DNA of 64,000 nt from Setoptus koraiensis (lineage: Eukaryota; Animalia; Arthropoda): assembly GCA_048013815.1 (NCBI GenBank), contig CM106585.1:5084001-5148000 (forward strand), read 5' to 3'. A program made the translations under genes and the position numbers. Positions 1 to 13,654 of this stretch are shown one piece after another (positions within the stretch are counted from its first letter, which is position 1; the number at the start of each line of letters is the position of its first letter). A model generated the notes under the pieces. The model searched no databases, was not told the origin of the DNA, and saw only the letters and a program-made list of their open reading frames with translations.

Positions 1-986
1 ATGTCGAGCTCGTGCAACGTCTCTATGTGTTCATTCACGAATGCAACCGGAACGCACATGAAATGTTTGTGGCCGCTTTGGACATAGCCCCTCAGAGCGA
101 GCTCTATCTGTGGCCCCTGCCAAGCTACAGGTCCTACTTTTGATTGCCACACAAGGCTATAAGGGTATTTCCGTTTCAGTTTGTGCATTATCGCTTGTAC
201 AGTTGCACCAACTTCACCGGTATAATCGTCACCCCTTTCTACCATCCAAATAGGTATAGAATGGGCGCTGAATAGGATGATAATTTGATCCCTGATATCG
301 TCTGTCAGATTTGCCATTTCTTTTTCGATTCTCTCGGCAAAAACATCAACTATAGCGTCAGCTACGGGCCATCTATCAATAAGAGACCATCTCTGAGTGG
401 GTACGTCATTTCGAGGAATGTCTTTCTCTATACAATATCGAGCTATCTCATTTAAGCTGCTGCCTGTGGTGCTGCAACTGTATTGGGGATATTTAGATAA
501 AAGAACAACATTTTCTACTTTATCTTGTTCCAAGCTTGCTACGGCACACTCAATATCTGGACGCGAGTAACGAAAACAGGTGTAGGCTTTGTGTGGACCA
601 GTCGATGGACTTATTTTGTCTAAATGTTCTACCAGACCTTTACCTTGCTTTTCAGTCCATTCTTTCAGGGGGTCTCCTCCAATTTCATCGAACTTGGCCT
701 TCAACTTGGGTGCTCTAAACTTGGAGATCAATGGACCAAGCATTGACTGCATAGGCATCTTTATTATGTCTCTATCATTAAAAAGGGCAGACAAAAACTT
801 TCGGACATCATCAACGTGTTCAGACTCTGGCCCACCCATGTTTAGCATGAGTACTGCAGTTTTTATTTTCGGAGAGTTGCCATTGTCATTGGTTGTAGAG
901 GCCATGGATAATTGTTGGATCTTGATCTTGAAAAATTTCCGTTGAACACCCTTCTCGAATATAGTGCGAGTGAACCTAAGAATCAT
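1..986 (-). CDS. FECH: Ferrochelatase, mitochondrial (3' end runs off the window; no intron in the visible part)
   Basis: Manual translation from ATG at 986: MILRFTRTIFEKGVQRKFFKIKIQQLSM (basic presequence-like), KTAVLMLNMGGPES, YPQYSCSTTGSSLN, ILFSAHSIP, LVWQSKVGPVAWQGP, FVNEHIETLHELD. These are the canonical animal ferrochelatase motifs. The frame is consistent from 986 to 1. Confidence 0.96.
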   Translation of the reverse strand, partial: MILRFTRTIFEKGVQRKFFKIKIQQLSMASTTNDNGNSPKIKTAVLMLNMGGPESEHVDDVRKFLSALFNDRDIIKMPMQSMLGPLISKFRAPKLKAKFDEIGGDPLKEWTEKQGKGLVEHLDKISPSTGPHKAYTCFRYSRPDIECAVASLEQDKVENVVLLSKYPQYSCSTTGSSLNEIARYCIEKDIPRNDVPTQRWSLIDRWPVADAIVDVFAERIEKEMANLTDDIRDQIIILFSAHSIPIWMVERGDDYTGEVGATVQAIMHKLKRKYPYSLVWQSKVGPVAWQGPQIELALRGYVQSGHKHFMCVPVAFVNEHIETLHELD

Positions 987-1744
987 AGTTGTATTATAAG
1001 GCACTTCAAATAAAGATACCTACCTACGGGGGGTGTTGAATATACCAATTCATCCAATTGATAATCTAGCTTGATAATCGCATTGCCTTAAGTGACCATT
1101 GCATTAAGCAGTTACAGGATGTCCCTTAGCACTTCCATGTAGCACTTGTGGCAAACTAGTTGAACGGCCAAACGAAGAACGGCCAAAAATGTCTCTATGA
1201 GCATGAGCAGCTGTTGATTTCGCGGCGAATTCGATCCACATGTGATCATCTATTGTTGTTATTTGTTAAATGTGATCAAGATATTTATAAGATTTATAGA
1301 TTTTAAGATATATAATTCCCTCGTTATTTGTTTATTGTGGGTCGTATAGCAATGAACTTATGACAACTACACCCATAGACGTATACATCTATATATGTAC
1401 AGATGTATACCTATAGAGATATTTATTGTGGACATATTGAGTCATCATGAAAGCACAAAACGATTCTATTGACGGGAGCTGAGATTTTTATTATCATGGA
1501 ATCACTGTTATTTTACACAATTCAATCAAAAGAAAAAAAGAAGCGAAATCCATTGGTAACATCATACAGACTAGATTATTAATTGATTCTATGGGTACAA
1601 ACTAGAGCATGCTATAGAATAGTCTCCCTCTACTGGAAGAATTTTCACTGCATCAAAAATTAGACGTCCTCTAATTCATTGATGTTGTGATTATTACAAC
1701 AAGTAGTTTTTGGATTTGGCGACAAAACAATCAGCTAAGCAAAC
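987..1744. promoter_or_regulatory. Head-to-head (bidirectional) promoter region, FECH / golgin-245
   Basis: 758 bp between divergent start codons; AT-rich; no specific element verified. Confidence 0.5.
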
Positions 1745-4700
1745 ATGTCTATGTTCAAAAAGATGAAAGAACGAATAACGGACGAGGTCAATTCTGCGAC
1801 CAACAAACTCCAAAGCATGCAACTCATTGACAACCTCGCGTTAAGCCTTGGCCAAACAGGCAGAACTGACCATCTAGTTAGTTTGCCACACATTAATACT
1901 CACCAGCAGCCCTCATCTTCTACTAACTCCACCACCGCCACTACCGCCATCAATAACAAAACCCATCAACCTTTTAGCCTATTAGACGACAATCCGATGG
2001 ATGATGAAGAGTTGAACTCGGAACTATCATCACCACAACAACTATTTAATGAATTTACAATACCACGAAAATCAAATTTACAAACTACTAATAACGATTT
2101 GCTGTTCGAACAATCAAACCCCCTCAATGCCGGAACTAAAGCAATACTAGAGAAGCCTCTAGCTCCGCTCAAAACTGATTCGTCACTCTTAGATTCATCG
2201 GGCAGTCTAAAGTCAGATATAGAGAGTGAGGAATCGGGCGATGACGAGCTAATCAATGACACCAGTTTGGATGGTGTCTCAACTGAGATCGACCTTTCTT
2301 CAGACACCAACAATAGGGATTTCACCAACCATTTTACTAGAGATCCCAAAGTAGAAAAATATCGCTCGAAATATAGAGATCTGGTGCATCTCGTTAGACA
2401 ACTATTGGTCAAGCGTGATGAATTGAATCGTGTGATATTGGATACTAATAACAGATCACCTGAAAAGACTATAGAACTAAAAAATCAGATCAAGAATTTG
2501 TCGATGCAGCTACAAACATTACAACAATGCCATGAGAGCTCCAAAACTCAGACTGCATCCCAGACTTCTCCCAACATTGATAATAACAAAACTACTGGTC
2601 AAGTCCTTCCGGCTCATAATGATAAAGAATCCACTGGATATGTCAACTCTAGTGCCAATGAAAAATCGAACAAAATTCGCGACCTCGAACAGTTACTCGC
2701 GAAATGCAAGGAATCCTTGAAAGCCAAAAATGGAAGAATTGAGCAACTAGAGCAAAATTTGAAATATCTCGACTCTCTTAAAGAAGAAAACATAAGTCTA
2801 AAATCGGATATAACTAAACTGAGACAGCAGCATGAGGATTGGACTGTTTCAATTGCCGAAAGTAAGAGGAGTGTACACGAAGAATTGGAAACTAGAACTG
2901 CCCAATTAAACACTCTTAAGACAGAGTATAATGATTTATCTAGACGATCACAGGATAGTTCAGCTATATTGAAGCAGCAATCCTACAAAATAACTGACCT
3001 TGAAGGACAGATTGTCCGAATGAACAGTGTTCACGAGCAGGAGAAAGTAAACTTGAAAAAAGAGCACGAAAAAAATGAGCGTACTGCCGTGATGCAAATC
3101 AATCAAGAACACGAGCGTAAGCTTGCGAATCAAAAGCAGGAATTTCAAAAGATCATTGACTCTTTGAAGAATGATCTAACAAAGAGAGACGAAGGTTTGC
3201 TCAAATCTTCAAGTCAGATCAAACTTCTTGAGGAAGAGGTCAAATCATCCAAAACGCGATATGAGGAGCTTTCTTGTGCCGACAAACAAAGGAGTGAAGA
3301 ATATTCAAAGTTGCAGGCTAACTTCGAAAAATGCGATCAAGAATCACGACAAAAAATTATCGAACTCCAAAAGAGGATTGATGACAGTCGCATCGAGCTA
3401 GAGACAGCTAACGATGAATTGAAAGCTACAGAGATTAAGAATCGAGAATTGGTAGATAAGCTGGAGTCTCTCGAAAGCTCTGATAGAACTAAAGTTGAAT
3501 GTCAGACTTGTCCGCAGATAAAGCTCGATGCCCAGAAGTTAACGGAAGCATCTCAGCAAGAAATTTACGAACTCAATTCTAAAGTGACTGTACTCTCTTC
3601 TGCCATTGAGGACCAAGAGAAAGAAATCAGACAGCTACGTCTTGAACGTGATTCTATCAGCAGTGAAAATCAAAAACTTAGCATTGAGTTTGATGAGCTG
3701 ACGAAGAAGAACGATTCGCTGAGTCGCGTTATACAAGACACAGAGACTGACATTCAAAATCAGCAAGAGCAACTCGATGAACTAGTCAATTGCAAACAAG
3801 AGCTTGCAAATTTGAAAAAATCACACAACAGTCAAATTAAAGATCTAGAGAAAGTCAACTCTATGCTGGGCGACAAAAATGAACAGATTAATACTTTGGT
3901 GGAAAGAAAAGAGGCCATATTAAATGATCTAAAAGATGCCAAATTAGAAAACGAAAAGCTAGTCAAGCTCATAAACTCACTAGAAAATGAAAAAAACATA
4001 CTCAAAAGTAATCACGACAAGCTATCTAAGGAGTTTTCTTACAATAACCAGACGATGGTAGCATGTATTATTAACACTATGAAAAATCTGGAATCACCTG
4101 GTGTATCGCCAAGTAGTGATGAAGCCAATTGTCCAAGTGACGAACAGTCGTCTTGTTCAGAGGATATACCCAAGTCGTCCATCCTCATGGAGCAGCTCTC
4201 TAGATTGGCTATAGAAAGAAGTAATGCATACATGACGGCCACCCAAAGATTAGAGGCGTCCATTTTGGAAAATAAGGCTCTCTTGTCTGAAACCGATCAT
4301 CTTAAAGAGGAACTCGACAGACTCAATTCCGAGAGGAAGGAATATCTAGCCAGTAGCACCCAAGAAGCTGAAAACTTGAGGGAAGAAAATCAAATATTGA
4401 CTAATGAATGCCAAACGATGTCGGAGAACATTGTTCAATGTGAGGAAGAGATTTCGTATCTAAAATCAGAGTTGCAGTTATTCAAGGAAAACACCGAAAA
4501 AACAGAAGCCGCTATTAAGCTCTATAAAGAAAAACTTCTCGAGCTAGAAGAAAACCAAGTGACTACCGAAGAAAGAATAAAAGAATATATTGAGGAATTA
4601 AACTCATTACGACAACTCAGAGACACCTACGAAAAACAACTCTCAGAAACATCTAACAATCACGCCATTCATATCGAAAGAGTCAAACAACTTGAGCGTA

Positions 4701-5487
4701 AATTTGCAGTTCTGGTCTCTGATTACGAAACAAAATGTCAGAATTTGTCTCAAAGAATTAGTGAGGACGAATCGACGATTGCCAAACTGAAAAACAATGC
4801 TACTAAAGACAAACCGTCCAGTTCAATTACTGACAACAAAGTTCAGCCTGAGATATTAGAGGAGATGGAGCACAAGCTAGGAGAACTCCAGATGGATTTG
4901 TTGGACAAGACGGAAGCCTTCGACGCCGAGAAAAAGTACTATATGGACACAATAAAAAGTTTGAAAGAAGAGCTTACTACTGAGAGAAACCGAACGATGT
5001 CAAACGATCATAACTATCAGATAGGGGCTCTGCAACGCGTGATACAACAATATCAGTAAGTTAAGCTCGAATATTCCTATCTTAACTTCACATGCTTTGA
5101 TACTAATTTTGTTTTTGTACATTCGAAGGGAGGAAAATCAGCGTTTGAAGGAATTGTCTCGAGCCTCCAATCAACAAAACTCTTCACAACTGCCTGACGC
5201 AACTGAGTATGAATACTTGAAAAACATAGGTAAGTATAAAAAAACAAGAAAAGAAAATCTTCGCTAATTAGAGTGAAACATTAATCTCGATTTTCCATCA
5301 ATTCAACCACCTGTACACAGTCCTTCAATTTATGTTAGGCAAAGAGCCACTAGTGTTGGCAAAAGTCATATCAGCCGTCTTTCGATTCAGTCAAGATCAG
5401 ATCGACCAGGTAGTCAAAACTCAGGAGAGTTTGCAGTCTATATTAAACTCGAATAAGGTCCCAAATTCCATTGAGAGGAGGCGATGA
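1745..5487 (+). CDS. GOLGA4: Golgin-245/GOLGA4-like coiled-coil GRIP-domain golgin; exons 1745-5055, 5129-5229, 5321-5487
   Basis: N-terminal MFKKMKERITDE resembles golgin-245 MFKKLKQKI, followed by a long coiled coil. Two GT-AG introns join in frame to give the GRIP domain TEYEYLKNIVLQFMLGKEPLVLAKVISAVFRFSQDQIDQV. Stop TGA at 5485-5487. Confidence 0.88.
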
Positions 5488-6302
5488 CAATTCACGAGAG
5501 CATCCCTAAGCTAATCCCTAAGTCATGCCTCTTCTCCGTAGGTCATACCCAGGACGTGCCATTGGATGGTTTGAGTTTCCCCCATCTCAATTTGTTTTTA
5601 AACTCAATTCCAGGATCTTCAAGTTGAGAGAATTGTAGATTTGAAGTGCCAGAATATTAGTGATTGCGCAGATACTTAAATAACTTGGTACTTTCAGTAT
5701 CAAATCGCCAGTTTACAACATGCTTTGAAGTCTATACAAAATTATCTATTTTACTGCGCTAAAACATGAGAAAGTCGCATTACAATTTTAGCATCTGGTT
5801 ATCTAGACTGCGAATTCTCAGCAAGATAGGTCGAAGAGATACTACTTCCGTTTAGCTAAGAGGACCTATTTTAGACTCCATCAAAATACTCAAATCCGAT
5901 ATGATTTCATAGTGGATTTTTAAGAACGACAAGAAGATTGTTAGTCGATATTTATATGTAACAGAAAACAAAAGTCAGAGAGGTTTTTCAGATGATAAAT
6001 GGAAATTTCGACGTAAAGCATGTAAATAAAATGAACTGTTAGTTTTTTCTCATCAAATAAAAACTGAAACTCTAACTCGACATTGTGTTGAACAATTCTG
6101 ATTGATTTATCTCATAAAAACGTAGTTATACTGAACTACTTAGCACTCTGTACTGGTAGTGAGAGTTTTTTAATTAATTAATTTGCTTGATCTAGTCTGT
6201 ATACAGGTCACTCATACCTTAAAATATTCATTCACAATTGTCAGTTGAATGTAAATAATAATACTTATGCTATTACGATATGATATCTGTTGATTTGAAG
6301 TT

Positions 6303-8500
6303 TCATTTGGACCTCCGTTCGCCTGTATCATTTGAAAATTCTGGATCTCGGATCAATTGACATACGCAACAGCTCGGAATAAAGAAGGTGTCAACTTCTA
6401 GTCGTCCATTGTCTCCATTAACAGCCAGAAGTTTCTTTTTCAAGTATCTCTGCTTGCTGTTCAGTATAGAATAATCATCGAAAATAATCAATTGAGATAA
6501 TTGTAAATTGTGTGGCCTCTTCTTTCTGATGAGTTGTTAACTATTAAGATGAGAAGTTTAGAAAGTGCCTAGAATTTTCGACGATTACTCACCATTGGCT
6601 AGAAAATCCGAATGGCAGAGAAATTTGATCCGAACAAGGTCCCAGTGGATCCCTAAATATTTTCAGAAATATATTTTGAGGCCAGAGGATTAGTTTGAAA
6701 ACACATATAGGAATTGCTTAGTTTTGAAGTGATTTACTCACAAGCAAATATCAACTCGTATAATTTGTCTGACTTGCGGATCCTTTTCTGGCGTGTTCAC
6801 TATATACTTCCATTCTCGTTTATCATTAAGCTATTAGTTGGAGTGTATTTCGAATGAAGTGGTTCAATTTTGGTAATAATGGTGCCAACAGCGAAATTTA
6901 TGTCATAATAGGAACATCAATCACGGGAAATTTCGCATAGAAACACAATTAGAATTTACTGTCGTATACTTACAGCTGCTCTCGGTGTGATATACATTGA
7001 TTTGACCAAACACAATGGACTTATTTGTATTGATTTCGGCAGATCAATCGACTCTGGATCATTCAAAAGCTCGCCACTTGCTTGCCTCTTTGATAGTCTG
7101 ACCGATGAGCCCTGGCGCGCATCTGATCTTCTATGGGCGGATCTGATTTCGTCGCCTTCTTTTATATTGCCACTATTTTCACTTCTTTTAGTTCTAAAAT
7201 TCTTGTAATTATCCATTTCGGCTAAAATTGTGTCCTCTCTGTGTCTTCTTATGGACAATAGTCTTCTCGAATCGGGTGAATCATTACCGTATCCTATTGG
7301 TTTCTCCTCTTTTGTTGTTGAGTATGTTTCATCATCCCTGCTATAGTCTTGCTGCTCATCTTCGTCATAAGAAGAATTCAATTTTCTTTGGTAATCTATT
7401 GGAGAGTAATGCTGGCGATCAGATTTGATCTTCGGATGCGCCTGATCTTCTACGAGGTATTTAACTTTTGTCTCGTAAACAACAACGCCTGTGCCCAATT
7501 TGTTATTTGCATGATCACTTGTCCGTCTGGCGTGTCTGAGAACCGGTTCTGGATCATTTTCTCTTTCGTCTGAGAACAGACTGTCCAATGTGAAGCCGAC
7601 AGCGATGCTGGCGAAAGACTTTTTAGCTGCTGTTACAGCACGATAAATCTCATCACTGGGATATGAGTGAATTTGATCACAGACAGTTCTTCCCGTTCGT
7701 GGACAGTCTTGATTTTGATTGGGTTTGAAAATCTTTCTTTCAGATGTTATTGGAGCACTTGGAATTATTGGCTGACCAACAATTAGTATAGTGTCGGGCT
7801 CTGGCTCAGCCTCATAAGTTGGCTTGGAGTAATAAGGATTGTTCATCAATGAAGGAATAGCTTGTTGTTTGTATCGTCTATGATAATGTTGTTGCTTGAG
7901 ATTGTCATCAATTAAAGTTCTTAACGGACTCGAATAATTGATGAAAGGACTGATGTTAACCCTTGATTTTTGTTGTTCATTTAAGCTGTTCGTCGTTGAA
8001 CAATCGGGGCAATCTTTATTGATATAATCACTATTATTTGGAGGAGCAACTCTTCGATGGTTGTTGTTATGATGTACTGATGATGGATGTATAAAAGTCT
8101 GATGACCCATGACTATGTTATTGACGGGACTAAGTGTTTCAGCCGACGAATAGATGATTATAGTAGAAAAAATTAACATCGTAATTACGGAGGAGATTTT
8201 TCTGATGAAAAACAATTTCTTATTAACACTATTATGTGATGACGACGGTGATATTCTTTTGCAAATCGATTCGATCAATTGAGATAGCTCGCTAGTGTCG
8301 CCGAGTGAAATTACAACACGAGAAAGTTCTCTTAAAGCTTGTCGATTATCATATTGAACATTGGATAATGATGACATGGTCATAAATTGCGTCTTCTTCT
8401 TATGATTTTCAGATATTGTTGACATTTTTCTTATAGAAGTAATTGATACAATAGATCCATAGTAATGATATCCACCTGATGCTTCTTTTAATTTTTCCAT
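6303..8500 (-). CDS. Spaetzle/neurotrophin-family Toll ligand (spz5-like); exons 8500-6974, 6830-6742, 6652-6593, 6456-6303
   Basis: Spliced cystine knot PLCLVKSMYITPRAA|LNDKREWKYIVNTPEKDPQVRQIIRVDICL|DPLGPCSDQISLPFGFSSQC|KQRYLKKKLLAV...DTFFIPSCCVCQL with 7 Cys. Prodomain motif CPRTGRTVCDQIHSYPSDEI; basic cleavage sites RTKR and RLSKR. All splice phases are consistent. Confidence 0.9.
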
Positions 8501-9879
8501 TGGAAAACTTTCGCTTGGTGCATCATCATCATCTCCACATCGTCATTGTCAACACATTCAAGAAATCGTTCTTAAGGTGGACACATTATATCTCAGGGTA
8601 TCATAGAAAGGAATGGATTGTTTGTGCAAAGTGTTAACCATTACTAGTGTTTGTTGAGTTTTTGTTGTCGCCACAAAACTAAAGAGAAGAGACTAATTTT
8701 GAGTCTAATTACAACTAAATATTGCCCTCGCGATCAAAACAAGAGTACATTTTATATTTCTAAATGGTAAAACCGTGCTTAACTAATCAAAGTGATAAGT
8801 CACGCAACCAAACGCAACACCAGGCGAGCATTTTGAATTTAAACTTGTTAGCCAAGTATATTGATAGAAACAACAACAACAACAAGACAAACAACGACTT
8901 GAACAGTCATCAACAATTCTGTTACATTATGACATTTAGTTTACCTTCCTCGTTCTCTAACGAACTCACTAACTGACTTATTTCTAACAGAAAAGACACT
9001 GATACACTAGCACAACAAGGTGCTTCAGGTGTCATATCATCGTTTTGAATGTCTTTAAAAGCATAACAAAGTTGACCACCTTAGACGGCTAACACGATAC
9101 AAGGTCAATAACATGAATGGTTGGTAAAAAGAAGGGCCAACCACAAACGAACCATTAAGTGGTGAGTGTACTAGAAAGTGAAAGGAATCAAAAAGGTGGT
9201 ATCACTCGAATGAGAGGGGCACGCCAAACATATTGCCAAATAAGCACTATCGGACTAATTATTTATATCTATAACTAATTGTCGTTGCACACTTGTACAT
9301 CCATTAATTAATTCCACTTGACCAGCTGATTCCAGAGCGTGCAAGAGCCAAACAAACAGAAAATACTGAAACTGTCATTCATTCAGTCGGCCATAACTCT
9401 TGAGCTCAGTGACAGTCTGATAAGTCGATTGCATCAAATAGACTATTTAAATTTATGTCTTCTCCGTCGTCTGAGCGTCCGTAGTCGTGTTTGCCATTGT
9501 CATCTTCGTTGACGTTGACTGCAATCATTCTCAGATTGCAAAACAAAATTTAGAGAAAATTCTATCAACTACTCAACATCATCTATTATGTCGATGTCGC
9601 TCTTTTCTATCATTTTGCCAATATTGAATTCACTTTTTTTTTTCTGTCATGATTCCTGATTTTTCCGTGCAACAAATCGCTACCCATCATAGCCTCGATC
9701 ATCAGGACCAAATTCGCTCCGCTGCGAGTTTCTACTAGACCAAACCAAATTGCCCTGTCGTAATCAGCGTATTTCTAATGGGAACAATAGAGAGAAAAAT
9801 AAATCCAAATTGTATCTGAATGTTGCAAAGCTGTTGTAAATTACGATTTTGTTGTTCACTTCTTTGTTGCCTGTAGTGG

Positions 9880-10860
9880 ACACGAGCTCCGCGATTCAAC
9901 AGATGGTTTGATGGTCGCGGTCAGTTTGCAGTGCATTTGTCCATTTGGTGAGATAGAATATGAAACAAGCCTCTCGCACTACCTACTAATCGCATGTAAG
10001 CGATTGGAGGCACGTAGCGGTATCATTGCTGATCTAGGCGCCAGTTAGACCATCAGTGGTCAGTGGCGCAGATTAACGGTGTGCCCGTGGTGTCAACATG
10101 GCGCTTGCGTCCGTCAAATCGTTTGACTCAAATGGCTGGGCGCCAGTTGCTCGTGGCAATCAGTAAATATCAATATATATGAATGTGTATCAATATACAT
10201 CAATATATATCAATGTATATCGGCCATAAGCGACCCGTAACGGCGTGTTTGTGATTGCCCGTCGGGGGCCCCACAAGCAGCGACAATTTCTCGGCTTTTT
10301 GAGCAAAAGTGTGTCGCGTTTGCGATTGCGTTGCCAGGCGCGTTGTCGCATTTACTTGTTTGCGCTTGCGTAACTTGCGCCACTTGGATGCACTTGTAGT
10401 TGTGGGCCTCAGATTTGCGCGCTGTAATATATTTATCTATATAGATTGGACTTGTTTGTGCGAGGCTAGGTTTGAATTATGGCTGCCAGCTCATATGAAA
10501 GATGACGCAAATTGCGGGCCCAACAAGCGCCCCAAAATTGCGCCTAGTCCGGCGATAGCCAAACAAGTGCACTGTTCGAGAATTGGCGCAACCGGAGGGG
10601 CTCAATTCGAAAGTGGGCACCAGCAACGACAGCCAGAACATGTCAAGAATATCTTGCGGAATAGTCCAAGGCTCAACGAACACACACACTATTGGAAAGC
10701 GTAAAACGCAAGGCAAAATGACAAGTGGGTCTGGAAGGCAAGTTACACATTTAGTTAGACACAGCGAAGAAGCGCTTTTATAGCGATGGACACAGTTGAG
10801 TTTTGGCCCCACAACGAGCAACCAGTTTTAGTGTCACGAACAACAGTAAGTAGCACATCA
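9880..10860 (+). repeat. Non-coding module copy A (homologous to copy B at ~22050-23990)
   Basis: At least 7 collinear shared blocks, e.g. GGAGGCACGTAGC 10006/22491, TTGTTTGCGCTTGCG 10356/22990, GGCTAGGTTT[G/A]AATTATGGC 10464/23156, AAACAAGTGCAC 10561/23293. Boundaries approximate. Confidence 0.8.
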
Positions 10861-11926
10861 TGTAATTTATTAAATTATTTATTTAATTTGTCATCTTGTA
10901 ATTTATTGACCGTTTGAGTCGGCACCGACAGGCTGCCGACGAAAAAACAAATGCCCAAATTATGCTGTTTGCACGTCCAGTAGCCATTGCGAGCTTGTGG
11001 CGATTGAGGACAGTTTTGACGGATTGGCGATCGCCAATCTTTGCTCGGCTTGGTGCGCTTGACACAATTCAATTGACACAATTCAATTGACACAATTCAA
11101 TCGACACAATTGAATAGTGTGACTAGCGCCGCAGTCACCTGTTGACATGGTAGCGGCCTCACGCGTCCGTTGAGCGCATTTCGCGCAATCTCACCAAAAT
11201 CAGCTCGCACAATTCCATGACGATTCCATGTAACCAAACGGCAAGCTCGTGTCTCATGCCCGTGCCACATCAATGATATGATGCTGGCATAAAATGCCCG
11301 AAATCGTATCACAAATCAGCGAAAAGCGATTTGATCTGAATTTGGGCCATCGCTCCACTGACCGGTTGTGCATTGACCGACATTGATGCAGCGGTGCCCA
11401 ATTCAGTGGGCCTTCACCAGCTACGATGACTTGGTGAAGGTGTCGCCGGGCCGGACGGATCGCACTTGCGATGGCGAGCGACTGTTCGAACGACAATCAA
11501 GCTGGTTCGAACCAAGATTTGATTGCAGTTGCAGCGATAATTTCGCTGCGAAATAACAAGCGCCAACCACGAGCAACAAAACCATTGCCTACTGCGCTGG
11601 CTGTATTACTCGAACGGATGGCACGAATTATACCGTGCCATGTGGTATAAACATGTATTGCATGGCTTGGGCAACAATCCGGGCATAATCCGTGGATAAA
11701 TGGCCAGTTATCCACGGCCATCTCGCGCACGAGCGTGCACACGAGCAACGATGTCATTGCTCGTGTGCACACTGAACAATGACAATGTATGATAACGATA
11801 AAACTTTTTGTGCCCGTTTAATATTTTGGCCCCACAAAAACTGTCGCTGTTGTGCGCTCGCTGTTGTGTGAGTGGCGTCGCTTAACCGCGTTTAGCCGTC
11901 TGAGGGACCGAGGGACCTTCAACCGA

Positions 11927-13654
11927 TGACAACAATAGACAACATAACGGCCCCACTAACGGCGATCAGCTTGTGTCAAAAGCCCAGCCACAAGCTCGCC
12001 CCCAATAATGTGCGCACGAATGGAATGTGCACAGTGTCTCGGTAGTCATAACATGACAAATAATTAATTTCCATTCTATATCTCTATAACTGAGGCCAGC
12101 AGCACCTTTTCTCTATACAATCTTAACGGACCGTGTAGAGTCTTGAGTCGCAAGGCACGGCACGCGAGCTTGCCGACAATGAGTGTTGGCAATATTATGA
12201 GCGTTATTTGGTCGCCATAACGATCAATCAAACAAAGTCTAAATTTAGTTTATTAGTTTGCCTATTATTAGTTCGGATGCTTGCTAGTCAACTGCTAGCT
12301 GACTCTGCTAACTGACTCTGCTCACTGACTCTGCTCACTGACTCTGCTGGCTCAACTCGCCACACGGGCCACCAGTGACCAGTTTGACCAGAACGGGGCA
12401 CCAAGAATCCGCTGCTTCACAAATCGTTGGCCAGCGAGAGTCACGTGAGTTTTTATTGATTTTGATTGAGATTTCACCAGCAGGCTGCATTGTCACGCGA
12501 CTCGCATCGCGCGCGACAACGCAAATCGACCATATGAGCATATGAGCTCCGTGAGCTCTGTGAGCTCTGCTAGAGGCCAAAAGATATGCTCACCTCGATC
12601 GGCCTCTATCACACCTAGATGCTCAGCAGCATCGATTGGTGGTGTCACAATAAGCGGCACTGTAATGCCATTTGCAATGGGTCGACTGTCGAAACTCGAC
12701 TGTCAACCAACGAAATTCGCAAGTCCGCTCGGCTCGACCGGATATACTATACGGATATATTTCGTTGGATTTAGATAAAAAATGGAGTAACTGGTGTGTG
12801 CTCATGTGCGCACAAATATTGTGCAAAACATTCGAGAAAAATACAACCAAAATACAATACCGCACACAAATACCGGTATTAGAGACGAGCAAAAAGTTGC
12901 TCGGCAATCATTTTCTCTCTCTGTCAATTACGGCCCGACAGGGGACAGTTTACCGGTTGAATAAGCGTTCTTTCTGGCTGCTGTGGCTGCTCTGGCTGCT
13001 GTGGCGAGATGGCCAAGATCAATTGGACAACAAACAATCGCTGCTGTGGTCCGTCCATAAACTGCCGCGCTCTCTATATTACGACACCAATTTGATGACA
13101 AAGTGCCAAATTGTCTGCACCATTCACCGCCGAGCACCATTCACTGCCAAGCACCAACCAACGACGAGCACCAACCAACGACGAGCAACAACCAACGACG
13201 AGCAACAACAACAATAATAATGGCGATAGCGTTTTGTTTGCCAGTGTTTAATGGTGTCACACAAACACAAACTCCCGTAGACCATCCCTCATGAGCGATG
13301 GTGTCAACTGAGGAGCGTGCAAACCGATTTGTTGACGCCAGAGTCAGTGACAACAATAGACGTCATACATTACATAATGGCGATGATCAATAACAACCAT
13401 CAACCCATGTTAACTGACAACGAGCTGAGCCGCCGAGGGCGAGCAATAAAAATTGCCAGCAGCCCGAGAAAAGAATGTCTCTCGGTCGGCCTCTCGGTCG
13501 GTAGTGATAACATCGGCAAATAATTAATTTCTATTCTATATCTCTAAAACTAACCTATATATTATCTATATGACAAGCACGCATGGCTCGTATGGCGAGC
13601 CAAAATGAGCCTGTCTGCCGTACCCTCAACATCCGACGTGACGATCAATCAAAC
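11927..13654 (+). repeat. Diverged direct duplication, ~11927-12233 vs ~13348-13654 (offset ~1.42-1.46 kb)
   Basis: TGACAACAATAGAC 11927/13348; CAAATAATTAATTTC[C/T]ATTCTATATCTCTA 12057/13517 (30 bp, 1 mismatch); ACGATCAATCAAAC 12220/13641. Confidence 0.85.

Noticed and set aside
1-986. Horizontally acquired (bacterial) ferrochelatase because it lacks introns
   Set aside because: It has a mitochondrial-type presequence and animal-type motifs, including the YPQYSCST Cys; neighbouring eukaryotic genes are also intron-less.
536-4263. Short ORFs such as 589-945, 1966-2412 and 2614-2913
   Set aside because: Antisense or out-of-frame shadows of FECH and golgin-245; the same applies to ORFs overlapping spz, Tdc, the 41.8-kb gene, ARPC1A, FAM21 and the lectin.
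10309-10704. 131-aa ORF in module A and similar peptides in B (ARF[E/K]LW, KQVH, RQLDHQWS)
   Set aside because: Similarity follows from DNA homology. Frames shift between blocks (2-nt indel at ATAGATTGG/ATATTGG; offset at CCGTCAAAT) and stops intervene. One block shows several synonymous changes, so a very old pseudogene is not excluded.
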